The notes under the pieces are model-generated. The model made no database searches. It was not told the origin of the DNA and saw only the letters and a program-made list of their open reading frames with translations. Made by a program: the position numbers and the translations under genes. This document shows, piece by piece, positions 56,924 to 64,000 of a DNA stretch of 64,000 bases. Source of the stretch: a virus. The stretch spans positions 1 to 64,000 of IMG/VR virus record IMGVR_UViG_3300029561_000002; one strand, 5' to 3'. The first letter of the stretch is position 1, and each line of letters opens with the position of its first letter.

Positions 56924-56997
56924 GGAAACTTAGCTCAGTTGGTTAGAGCAGCCGGCTCATAACCGGTCGGCCCTGGGTTCGAACCCCAGAGTTTCCA
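56924..56997 (+). tRNA. tRNA-Met (anticodon CAT), elongator-like
   Basis: Perfect acceptor GGAAACT/AGTTTCC, D arm TAGCTCAGTTGGTTAGAGCA, anticodon loop CT-CAT-AA, T arm CTGGG-TTCGAAC-CCCAG. Confidence 0.85.
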
Positions 56998-57296
56998 TTT
57001 CTCCCAAAGCTGTCCATCCGTTTTATGGATAGAAAAAACTGCCGAATGTGTGTATGTGGGTTGTTTTTCAGAAGGTACGTAACGGCGTAGCCGGAGTGAA
57101 AAGACAACTTCCCGTTCGGTTCTGTCTCTGAGTTGAATATGTCGCCAATGAGTGCACGCTGACGACAGGGAGTTTTCAAGAGGCATTTCAGAAATAATCC
57201 TCCGAAACAACTCCGTGGGACTGGCACGGATGAAAACAGTCTAGTGGAAAGCATAACACGATAAACCTATTGCTAACCCGGTACAATCCGGGTTAA

Positions 57297-57368
57297 GGCA
57301 GGATGGAGAAGTGGAATCTCACAAGGCTCATATCCTTGAGAACGGCGGTTCAAATCCGTCTCCTGCAA
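57297..57368 (+). tRNA. tRNA with CAT anticodon (Met or Ile2) and a G1.A72 mismatch
   Basis: Acceptor GGCAGGA/TCCTGCA (mismatch at 1-72), D stem GAGA/TCTC, anticodon stem CAAGG/CCTTG with loop CT-CAT-AT, T arm GGCGG-TTCAAAT-CCGTC. Confidence 0.7.
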
Positions 57369-57551
57369 TTAATTCGTTCGTTCTATACTGTCAGTGCACA
57401 GGCGGTCTATGGTTCAAGCGGATTAAACCCATGGGAAAAGGTTGATGTTTATCCTGGTAACTGCTGGACAGTACGAAAAACATTATCATATGTTGTGCAA
57501 ATGGAAATCATCTCATTCATTTACCGAGGTGATCAGCCGTGGTAAGCGGCA

Positions 57552-57622
57552 TGGAATGTAGCTCAGTGGTAGAGTACACTACAAAAGCGGTGAGGTCGCA
57601 GGTTCGATTCCTGCCATTCCGT
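57552..57622 (+). tRNA. tRNA-like gene with a non-canonical anticodon arm (anticodon undetermined)
   Basis: Normal acceptor, D arm (TAGCTCAGTGGTAGAGT) and T arm (GCAGG-TTCGATT-CCTGC). The anticodon arm is 16 nt (CACTACAAAAGCGGTG): a 4-bp stem, an 8-nt loop and no U33. Confidence 0.5.
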
Positions 57623-57685
57623 TTCCGGTAAATTGCCATTACCGGAAAGCATTTCCAAAATGCTCAAATTTACCTTCTGATTGGT

Positions 57686-57743
57686 TCCGGTGGTTCACGT
57701 TGGGTGACAATGCGTGGTTCAAGTCCACCCACCGGATTTTTTT
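57686..57743 (+). other. tRNA-like minihelix lacking an anticodon arm, followed by a T7 tract
   Basis: 7-bp acceptor TCCGGTG/CACCGGA, small hairpin TCAC-GTTGG-GTGA, T-arm-like GTGG-TTCAAGT-CCAC, then TTTTTTT. Confidence 0.4.
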
Positions 57744-57799
57744 ATTTTATAGAAAAAGGTTACTTGGTGATAGCTTTGAATGTTGGGAGGGAGTAAAGA

Positions 57800-58075
57800 A
57801 TGAAAATTCATGAAATGATATGTTTGAGAAATACATACGGCGGAGAAACAACTCTTGATGAACTTGTAAACCGAATACAAGGAAATAAAATTCACAGATG
57901 CCCGAAGTGTGGTGGAAGTGGAACTATTGTCAAAAGAGTAAATCGTGCACAATACTGGGAGTGTTGCGATGATTACAAAGAAGTAGAAGTCACTTGCGAC
58001 TTATGCAACGGTGAAGGATACACTGAGAAAAGATATGAGCCTAGAATGGTGCAGGATGGATGGAAATGCGAATAG
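57800..58075 (+). CDS. Zinc-finger protein (DnaJ-type CxxCxGxG repeats)
   Basis: CPKCGGSGT and CDLCNGEGY. Confidence 0.5.
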   Translation: MKIHEMICLRNTYGGETTLDELVNRIQGNKIHRCPKCGGSGTIVKRVNRAQYWECCDDYKEVEVTCDLCNGEGYTEKRYEPRMVQDGWKCE

Positions 58076-58230
58076 CAGGTAAAGAAATCAAAGACGAATG
58101 TTCCCATTGCGGAAATATCCTTGAATGCGAATTGTTCCGTCAGGGGCATGGAATAAAACAGGAACGTGAGAACATAGCAAAGATGATCAAGTGCCAGATG
58201 AAGCACAGGGAGGAAAGGCAGTATAATTGA
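58066..58230 (+). CDS. Small hypothetical protein (54 aa)
   Basis: Unlisted ORF that overlaps the previous stop codon. Confidence 0.3.
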   Translation: MRIAGKEIKDECSHCGNILECELFRQGHGIKQERENIAKMIKCQMKHREERQYN

Positions 58231-58244
58231 AGGGGGAGATTTCC

Positions 58245-58484
58245 ATGTTTAATAAATTTTTTAATCTATACATAAGATACAAGACCAAAAATCTCAAAGC
58301 AATTCCGTTGTTCGTAATGACATTTGACTGGAAGAAATTCCAGAAATACGGTGAAAAAGATAGTTGCACACTATACTCAATACATCCGGACATTGCAAAA
58401 GACCCAATCTTAAAAGAAAAACTCAGTGAATGTGTGGATCATATCCGCAACAATTACGATATGGAAATGTTTACCAAGATTTGA
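58245..58484 (+). CDS. Hypothetical protein
   Basis: AGGGGGAG RBS before the internal ATG of ORF 58227..58484. Confidence 0.4.
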   Translation: MFNKFFNLYIRYKTKNLKAIPLFVMTFDWKKFQKYGEKDSCTLYSIHPDIAKDPILKEKLSECVDHIRNNYDMEMFTKI

Positions 58485-58496
58485 GGGAGGATTGCC

Positions 58497-58835
58497 ATGA
58501 GGATTGAAGATATGAAGAACTGGACGGTAGATCAGCTGAAGAAGGAAGTTGTCCGACTGTCTGAAGAATGTGAGAAAAGACAGCATGAAATTTTGGATTT
58601 ACAAGAACACCAGATTGAGCTGGAAAGAGATTGTGATGTGATGATGATGTATGGAGAACCTGAATTAATTAACGATGCGCAGCCAGATAAAAAGGAGACA
58701 GATTTTGCTGCAAGCTTAAAAATGTATGAAGATCAGCACCAGTTCGATTGTATTACAATTAACCAGCTTCAGACCGCATTGGATGTAATGGTTGACCGAT
58801 ATGCAAATCTAAGAAAAATTCACGGGGTGAGTTGA
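58497..58835 (+). CDS. Hypothetical coiled-coil protein
   Basis: GAGGGAGG RBS. Confidence 0.45.
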   Translation: MRIEDMKNWTVDQLKKEVVRLSEECEKRQHEILDLQEHQIELERDCDVMMMYGEPELINDAQPDKKETDFAASLKMYEDQHQFDCITINQLQTALDVMVDRYANLRKIHGVS

Positions 58836-58836
58836 T

Positions 58837-59136
58837 ATGGAAGAGAAAGATGAAAAACAGTATTTTCTTAAAAAAACAGATGGCGAGTACTGTCCGTTTA
58901 CCAGAATAGCAGACATTTCAAAAAGCATTGAGTCTGATCAGAATGATAATTTGCAGAATTTCAGCGAAGACAAATCATTCTCTATGAACTTTAAAATGAA
59001 TTCAAATACTAAGAAGAGATTATTTTGGACAATAGTTGCACCGAATAAAATAAATCGAAATAATTTCAGAAAAAATCATGGAATTCCGATGATACGCAGA
59101 GTTGCAGGACGAAGAGGAGTGAGGAAATATAGATGA
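58837..59136 (+). CDS. Hypothetical protein
   Basis: ORF track. Confidence 0.4.
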   Translation: MEEKDEKQYFLKKTDGEYCPFTRIADISKSIESDQNDNLQNFSEDKSFSMNFKMNSNTKKRLFWTIVAPNKINRNNFRKNHGIPMIRRVAGRRGVRKYR

Positions 59137-59366
59137 GCATTAAATCAGCATTTGAATCTGAGGGGATAGATTTCTCTCAGGTAATGAACCCACCAGAGCC
59201 GTGGGACGGACGGACATTAATAAAGAACATCAATGGCAAACTGTGGTATTGTTGCCCTTTTTGCGAGAAGAAAGCACTTCTCATTAGCCCAGAAACAAAA
59301 ATTCAGCATCTTAAATTGAAATGCAAGGGTAGCAACTGCAAGAAAGAGTTTGAGGTCAATGTATGA
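59133..59366 (+). CDS. Zinc-ribbon protein
   Basis: CCPFCEKK...CKGSNCKK. Confidence 0.45.
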   Translation: MSIKSAFESEGIDFSQVMNPPEPWDGRTLIKNINGKLWYCCPFCEKKALLISPETKIQHLKLKCKGSNCKKEFEVNV

Positions 59367-59536
59367 ACATAAAACGAATTAAATGTATTCTGACAGGCGG
59401 ATGTAGATTCCGGGATTCAGCTATTTCAGAGTGCGACGATAAAGAAAAGACCTGTACCATTACGGAAACTTGCTGCAAGTGTGGGAAGAAGTATACAGCG
59501 GTATTTACTTACAAACAATTAGGGATTCCAGACTGA
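59363..59536 (+). CDS. Small Cys-rich protein (57 aa)
   Basis: ATGA coupling. Unlisted ORF. Confidence 0.35.
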   Translation: MNIKRIKCILTGGCRFRDSAISECDDKEKTCTITETCCKCGKKYTAVFTYKQLGIPD

Positions 59537-59545
59537 GGTGAATAT

Positions 59546-59857
59546 ATGAAATATGGTGCAGTGAATTATCCCGTTAAGATTATTGATGAAGAAATCATTA
59601 ATGCACTGGCAGACATTGAAATACATCATGAAGAAGATAAACGAATTGTTTTGGTAGAATGCGTCATGAATTACACTGAACTTCCAGAAGAATGCATTCT
59701 TGAAATTGGATATCTTAAAAGAAAATTCAAACTCGTGCATATCGACTTAGCTACAACAGGATCTGGAATCTATAAACTTAAATTCATGTTTGAGCGAGTA
59801 GAAGATATAAATAAAAAAGACGAGTGGTGGGATTCGTTTAGAAGCATTGTGAGGTGA
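59546..59857 (+). CDS. Hypothetical protein
   Basis: ORF track. Confidence 0.45.
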   Translation: MKYGAVNYPVKIIDEEIINALADIEIHHEEDKRIVLVECVMNYTELPEECILEIGYLKRKFKLVHIDLATTGSGIYKLKFMFERVEDINKKDEWWDSFRSIVR

Positions 59858-59861
59858 GCAA

Positions 59862-60140
59862 ATGATATGGAATGAAGAAATATCCTTTGATGGATTTCAA
59901 AAGAAGATTGATGAGTGGTACAAGGATAAAGACTTTGAACTGTGCGACCCACCTATCAGCGCTCAGTTTGCCTTAGACTTAATTTTCAAGACATTAGTAG
60001 ATGATAGAGAAGATTATCCGTATCTCACAACTATGTCAGAAAACACAGAACAAACAAATAGTATCATGCTTGATTTGATTCTTCGGAAATACAGTCGCAA
60101 ATATAGAAAATACTTGAAATTAAAAAAGAAAAATAAATAA
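59862..60140 (+). CDS. Hypothetical protein
   Basis: ORF track. Confidence 0.45.
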   Translation: MIWNEEISFDGFQKKIDEWYKDKDFELCDPPISAQFALDLIFKTLVDDREDYPYLTTMSENTEQTNSIMLDLILRKYSRKYRKYLKLKKKNK

Positions 60141-60206
60141 ATTAGTCAGAGAGCCACGTGAGAGCCAGACTAAATCCTAAAAGAAAGGAGGCCTGGCTCT
60201 ATTTTT

Positions 60207-61952
60207 ATGTCCGGAAATATTACAGAAGGCTCGATTGAGTGGTACAGGGCAGTCTTAAATCGAATCATCAGCGGAGATATGTCTGTTTACCAGAATCAGA
60301 AAGACTGCCTTGATCTGTTGTTAAACATGAACATTGATTTGCCGTTTACGGAGAATTTAGAAGCACAGCAAATGGCAATAAAAGTAAGTAAGTATGCCCA
60401 TAACGTAGCCGCAAGACAAGCTGCACTGACGGGAAGCGGTAATTTTGATGATATCTACTGGCAGTATTTGCTGTTGGAAGGACAGAACTATCAGGTTGAC
60501 AGCGGACTCCTTTACCTTGAAAAGAACCGAATCCCGAAAGAGCGATTCTACGAACCACGAAGAAATGTGTTCTTACAGCATAACATCATAGGGTCACTGC
60601 AAGACCTGATGGATGACAAATTAGATATATTTGCATTAAGCGTACCTCCGGGTTGTGGCAAGAGTACTCTGGAAGATTTCTTTTTATCATTGGTAGGCGG
60701 ATGGTTCCCGAATGACTTTAACCTGTCTTCAGCACACAGTAGCATTTTGACACGTTCCCTTTATGATGGCGTTCTGGAAATTATCAATGATCCCGTGGAA
60801 TACACGTGGCATGAAATGTTCCCGAACGTAGAAATTCAAGGAACAAACGCAAAGGAAACTACAGTCAATCTCGAAAGAAACGGACGATTTAAGACATGGA
60901 CATTTCGTTCTATTGATGGTTCTTTGACTGGTGCCACTAGATGTAATAGATTTCTTACTGCCGATGACCTTGTGTCTGGTATTGAAGAAGCTTTGAATAA
61001 GAACCGACTTGATACCTTATGGACAAAAGTGGTAAATGACTTGCGCTCCCGTAGACTTGAGGGATGCAAAGAGTTTTATATTGCCACCAGATGGTCAGTA
61101 CATGACCCTATTGGAAAACTGCAACAACTGTATGCCGGAAACCCACGGGCAAGGTTTATTGCAGTGCCAGCACTTGATGAAAATGGAAAGAGCAATTTTC
61201 TGTTTACGGTAAATGGATTCTCCGAAAAATATTTCAATGATGCTAAGGAAGCCATGGATGAAATTTCTTACAACTGTCTTTATCAGCAACAACCGGTAGA
61301 ACGTGAGGGATTATTATTACCACCGGATAAATTAAAACGATTCTTTTTCAGTGAAGAAGACGTGCCGGATGGATGCGCGGATGAATACATCATCATTCCA
61401 GATAAAGATGCAGATGCAATATGGGCGGTATGCGATACAAAAGATAAAGGAACTGACTTCGAATCATTACCGATTGCATACCAATACGGAGATAAATTTT
61501 TCTTTCCTGATGTGGTGTTTGATGACACTACAGACTATGACATTTTGGATAGAAAGACAGCAGATATTTTGATAAGACATAACCCACATAAGATTCGTTT
61601 CGAATCAAATAATGTCGGAAACCGCGTGGCACACAATATTCAGAAAATGATTACTGGAAAGTGCAGAGCTGAAATTGAGACAAAACCAACGTCGGCAAAT
61701 AAAGAAACAAAGATTCTCGTAAATTCGGACTATATAGCAAAACATTTTTATTTTCTGCATCCAAGTCAGTACAAAGCAAAGTCTGATTACGGATTGTTTA
61801 TGGCTAATGTAACTACGTACACCACTAGGGCAAAAGTACCACATGATGACGGAATCGATTCTTTGGCTATGATGGCTGAGTACACACAAAATCCATTAGG
61901 CGGTAAAGCGACAGCAATGCAGAATCCATTATGGGGAGGGAGAATGAGATGA
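60207..61952 (+). CDS. terL: Terminase large subunit
   Basis: Walker A SVPPGCGKST. Walker B-like RFLTADDLVSG. C-terminal nuclease-like region ..VPHDDGIDSLAMMAE. Lies upstream of the portal gene. Confidence 0.8.
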   Translation: MSGNITEGSIEWYRAVLNRIISGDMSVYQNQKDCLDLLLNMNIDLPFTENLEAQQMAIKVSKYAHNVAARQAALTGSGNFDDIYWQYLLLEGQNYQVDSGLLYLEKNRIPKERFYEPRRNVFLQHNIIGSLQDLMDDKLDIFALSVPPGCGKSTLEDFFLSLVGGWFPNDFNLSSAHSSILTRSLYDGVLEIINDPVEYTWHEMFPNVEIQGTNAKETTVNLERNGRFKTWTFRSIDGSLTGATRCNRFLTADDLVSGIEEALNKNRLDTLWTKVVNDLRSRRLEGCKEFYIATRWSVHDPIGKLQQLYAGNPRARFIAVPALDENGKSNFLFTVNGFSEKYFNDAKEAMDEISYNCLYQQQPVEREGLLLPPDKLKRFFFSEEDVPDGCADEYIIIPDKDADAIWAVCDTKDKGTDFESLPIAYQYGDKFFFPDVVFDDTTDYDILDRKTADILIRHNPHKIRFESNNVGNRVAHNIQKMITGKCRAEIETKPTSANKETKILVNSDYIAKHFYFLHPSQYKAKSDYGLFMANVTTYTTRAKVPHDDGIDSLAMMAEYTQNPLGGKATAMQNPLWGGRMR

Positions 61953-62368
61953 ATACACGACAATATCTCGAACAAGTACAAGATTCTGAAAGAAGAATCC
62001 AGAATAAGATACAGGAAGAATACCGCTTAAGGCTTTTGGCAACCAGTATATCTTCTTTTTCAAATGGAGATAAAGTGCAGACTTCCGGTGGAAAAGACCG
62101 TGTTGGTGATGCTGTAACCAGGATTGTTGAGTTGCAGCAGGAAATAGCATCTGATGTCAAGGAACTGGCAGAATTGCAAATGAAAGTTTCCGGAGATATC
62201 AATGACATGGAAAACTCCATGTATTCATCCTTACTCCATAAGAGATACATAGAATTTAAAAATCTGGTCACGGTCGCAGACGAGATGGGATATTCCGTAC
62301 AGCATATCCGTTCCTGCCATGGAAAAGCCATTGAAGCTTTGCGGAAACAAAAGCATTTTGAAAGTTAA
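61949..62368 (+). CDS. Sigma-70 region-4-like phage regulator (DUF1492-like)
   Basis: C-terminal HTH VTVADEMGYSVQHIRSCHGKAIEALRK. ATGA overlap with the terL stop codon. Confidence 0.5.
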   Translation: MNTRQYLEQVQDSERRIQNKIQEEYRLRLLATSISSFSNGDKVQTSGGKDRVGDAVTRIVELQQEIASDVKELAELQMKVSGDINDMENSMYSSLLHKRYIEFKNLVTVADEMGYSVQHIRSCHGKAIEALRKQKHFES

Positions 62369-62481
62369 TATGTTTTAATATGGAATCATATGTTCTATGT
62401 ATAATATAATGTAACCTGTAAAACGAGCATCGGAGAATAATCCGGTGCTTTTTTAATGCCCAAAAATGGGAGGTGTAGGCA

Positions 62482-63975
62482 GTGGGCAGAAACAAAATGA
62501 ATTTCATTGACTTATGCCGGGGCGAGTTTGGCCGCAAAATTGCCTATACCGGTGTAAGTCAGATTACAACAGCAAATGTTAGAAAAGTTGTTTCTGACAC
62601 AATCGGTACTCATAACCGGAATAGGGTACTGATTGACTACTTGTACCGGTACTACAAAGGAGATCAGCCGATTCTCTACAGAGAAAAAGTGGTGCGACCG
62701 GAAATCAACAATCGTGTATGCGAGAACCATGCACTGGAAGTTGTCCGCTTCAAAGCATCACAGACATATGGCGAACCTATCCAGTATGTGTGCAAGAAGA
62801 AAAAAGCAACAAAAAAAGCAAACGAGCAGGTAGATCTGTTCAATGACTATCTGGACGAAGCAAACGCGGAAGCCAGAAATATCGAACTAGGGACTTATCA
62901 AAGCGCTGTAGGAACTGCATACAAAGCGATTCTGAAAGAAGATGACTGGATAAAGGACAGTGAGTTACCGCCGTTTCGGATTTTTATACCGTATCCGGGG
63001 GATTGTTACATTGTTTATTCCCGGAAGACCGGAAAAGCGATGCTCTCGGTTCAGATTCTTAAAGATGAGAATGAACAGCAGTATTATTTATGTTTTTCGG
63101 CAAAACAATATTTTGAGATTCAGAATGGACAGATTACAAAAACCGGCATCAATGGTTTTGGTGGCATCCCGGTAGTTGAGTACCCGAATAACCACGATCG
63201 CCTTTCTGATATCGAAATTGCAATAACCATGTTCGATACTATGAACAACATGCAGTCAAACAGAATGGATGGCGTAGAGCAGTTCGTGCAAGCTCTTATG
63301 AAGTTTAAGAACTGCGAGATTGATGAAAGCGAATTTCTGAAAATGATTAAGCTCGGCGCTATCTCTGTAAAGGATACTGGAAATGGTTGCCAGTCAGATG
63401 TTGACCTGATGACCGCCGAACTGAATCAGACAGAAAGCCAAGTCGCAAAGGACGATATCTACAGTAACATGCTGATTGTTGAAGGCATGCCAGATAGGCA
63501 GCAACAATCGTCTGGAGATACCGGTCAAGCCGTATACCTCAGAAACGGATGGGACTTTGCAGAGCGCAGAGCGAAACTGGATGAGCCATTTATCCGTGAG
63601 GCTGAGAAAGCAACTGCCAGAATCATTCTGAACATCATTCGACAGACCACAAAGGATATTTCGATTTCAACAAGAGATTTTGATGTAAAGATAACCAGGA
63701 ACCCAACAGATAACATGCTTGTCAAAGCACAGGCTCTTGACTATCTGTTTAAGAATAAAATTCATCCGCTGATTGCATTGATTACCTGCGGACTTTTCAG
63801 TGATCCGCAAAAGGTATACGAGATGAGTTTGCCTTACCTGGGAACTGTATATCCCGAACTGGCAGATCCGGACGCAGAAATGCAAAAAGCACAACTATTG
63901 ATTGGTAAAAACGGTCAGAATCCGACCGGAATCGATTCGACGGTAAATTCTTCGGATATCAATCAAAACTCGTAA
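62482..63975 (+). CDS. Portal protein (SPP1 Gp6-like)
   Basis: 497 aa, immediately after the terminase genes. N-terminus ..LIDYLYRYYKGDQPI.. is typical of SPP1-type portals. Confidence 0.7.
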   Translation: MGRNKMNFIDLCRGEFGRKIAYTGVSQITTANVRKVVSDTIGTHNRNRVLIDYLYRYYKGDQPILYREKVVRPEINNRVCENHALEVVRFKASQTYGEPIQYVCKKKKATKKANEQVDLFNDYLDEANAEARNIELGTYQSAVGTAYKAILKEDDWIKDSELPPFRIFIPYPGDCYIVYSRKTGKAMLSVQILKDENEQQYYLCFSAKQYFEIQNGQITKTGINGFGGIPVVEYPNNHDRLSDIEIAITMFDTMNNMQSNRMDGVEQFVQALMKFKNCEIDESEFLKMIKLGAISVKDTGNGCQSDVDLMTAELNQTESQVAKDDIYSNMLIVEGMPDRQQQSSGDTGQAVYLRNGWDFAERRAKLDEPFIREAEKATARIILNIIRQTTKDISISTRDFDVKITRNPTDNMLVKAQALDYLFKNKIHPLIALITCGLFSDPQKVYEMSLPYLGTVYPELADPDAEMQKAQLLIGKNGQNPTGIDSTVNSSDINQNS

Positions 63976-64000
63976 ATTCAATTATCAAAGGAACCAAGGA

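Noticed and set aside
56340-57545. ORFs 56340..56567(-), 56477..56818(-), 56935..57254(-) and 57303..57545(+)
   Set aside because: They run across tRNA genes and structured spacers, have no RBS, and give low-complexity or implausible peptides.
57686-57743. tRNA-like minihelix as an attP core for tRNA-targeted integration
   Set aside because: There is no tyrosine integrase in the window, and both acceptor strands are present, unlike a 3' tRNA fragment. I kept it only as an odd RNA element.
1-64000. Alternative genetic code (stop-codon reassignment) as the explanation for the two in-frame stops
   Set aside because: Long late and early genes (tape measure, tail fibre, TerL, portal, RT, integrase) are uninterrupted in the standard code. 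TAA, TAG and TGA all terminate well-supported genes. No tRNA with a CTA, TTA or TCA anticodon was found. Only local readthrough or pseudogenisation remains plausible.

Overview
This window is a tailed-phage or prophage genome segment of the Firmicutes (clostridial/lachnospiral) siphovirus type, almost all on the + strand. Gene order: a tape measure gene split by two group I-like introns; a 4.7 kb accessory island; tail fibre and GH25 endolysin; an orphan LytTR regulator; an XRE repressor/antirepressor switch. Next comes a long early region: Rad50/SbcC-like ATPase, RecT, a complete diversity-generating retroelement (DGR) with two targets, an MBL-fold nuclease with an in-frame stop, SSB, GIY-YIG nucleases, C5 methyltransferase, Lar, YopX, replisome organizer and DnaC-like loader. 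After that: a large serine recombinase flanked by 15-bp inverted repeats; a GC-richer minus-strand operon of small unknown proteins with three promoter-driven small RNAs and an RHH regulator with six ATTAAGCAC boxes; putative TerS; a second XRE/antirepressor/resolvase module; a structured tRNA island; TerL; portal. The leads I rate highest are the small-RNA plus small-protein island (45.9-49.1 kb), the twin introns, the DGR, the repeats around the recombinase, and the tRNA island. All family names come from motifs read by eye. No searches were run.
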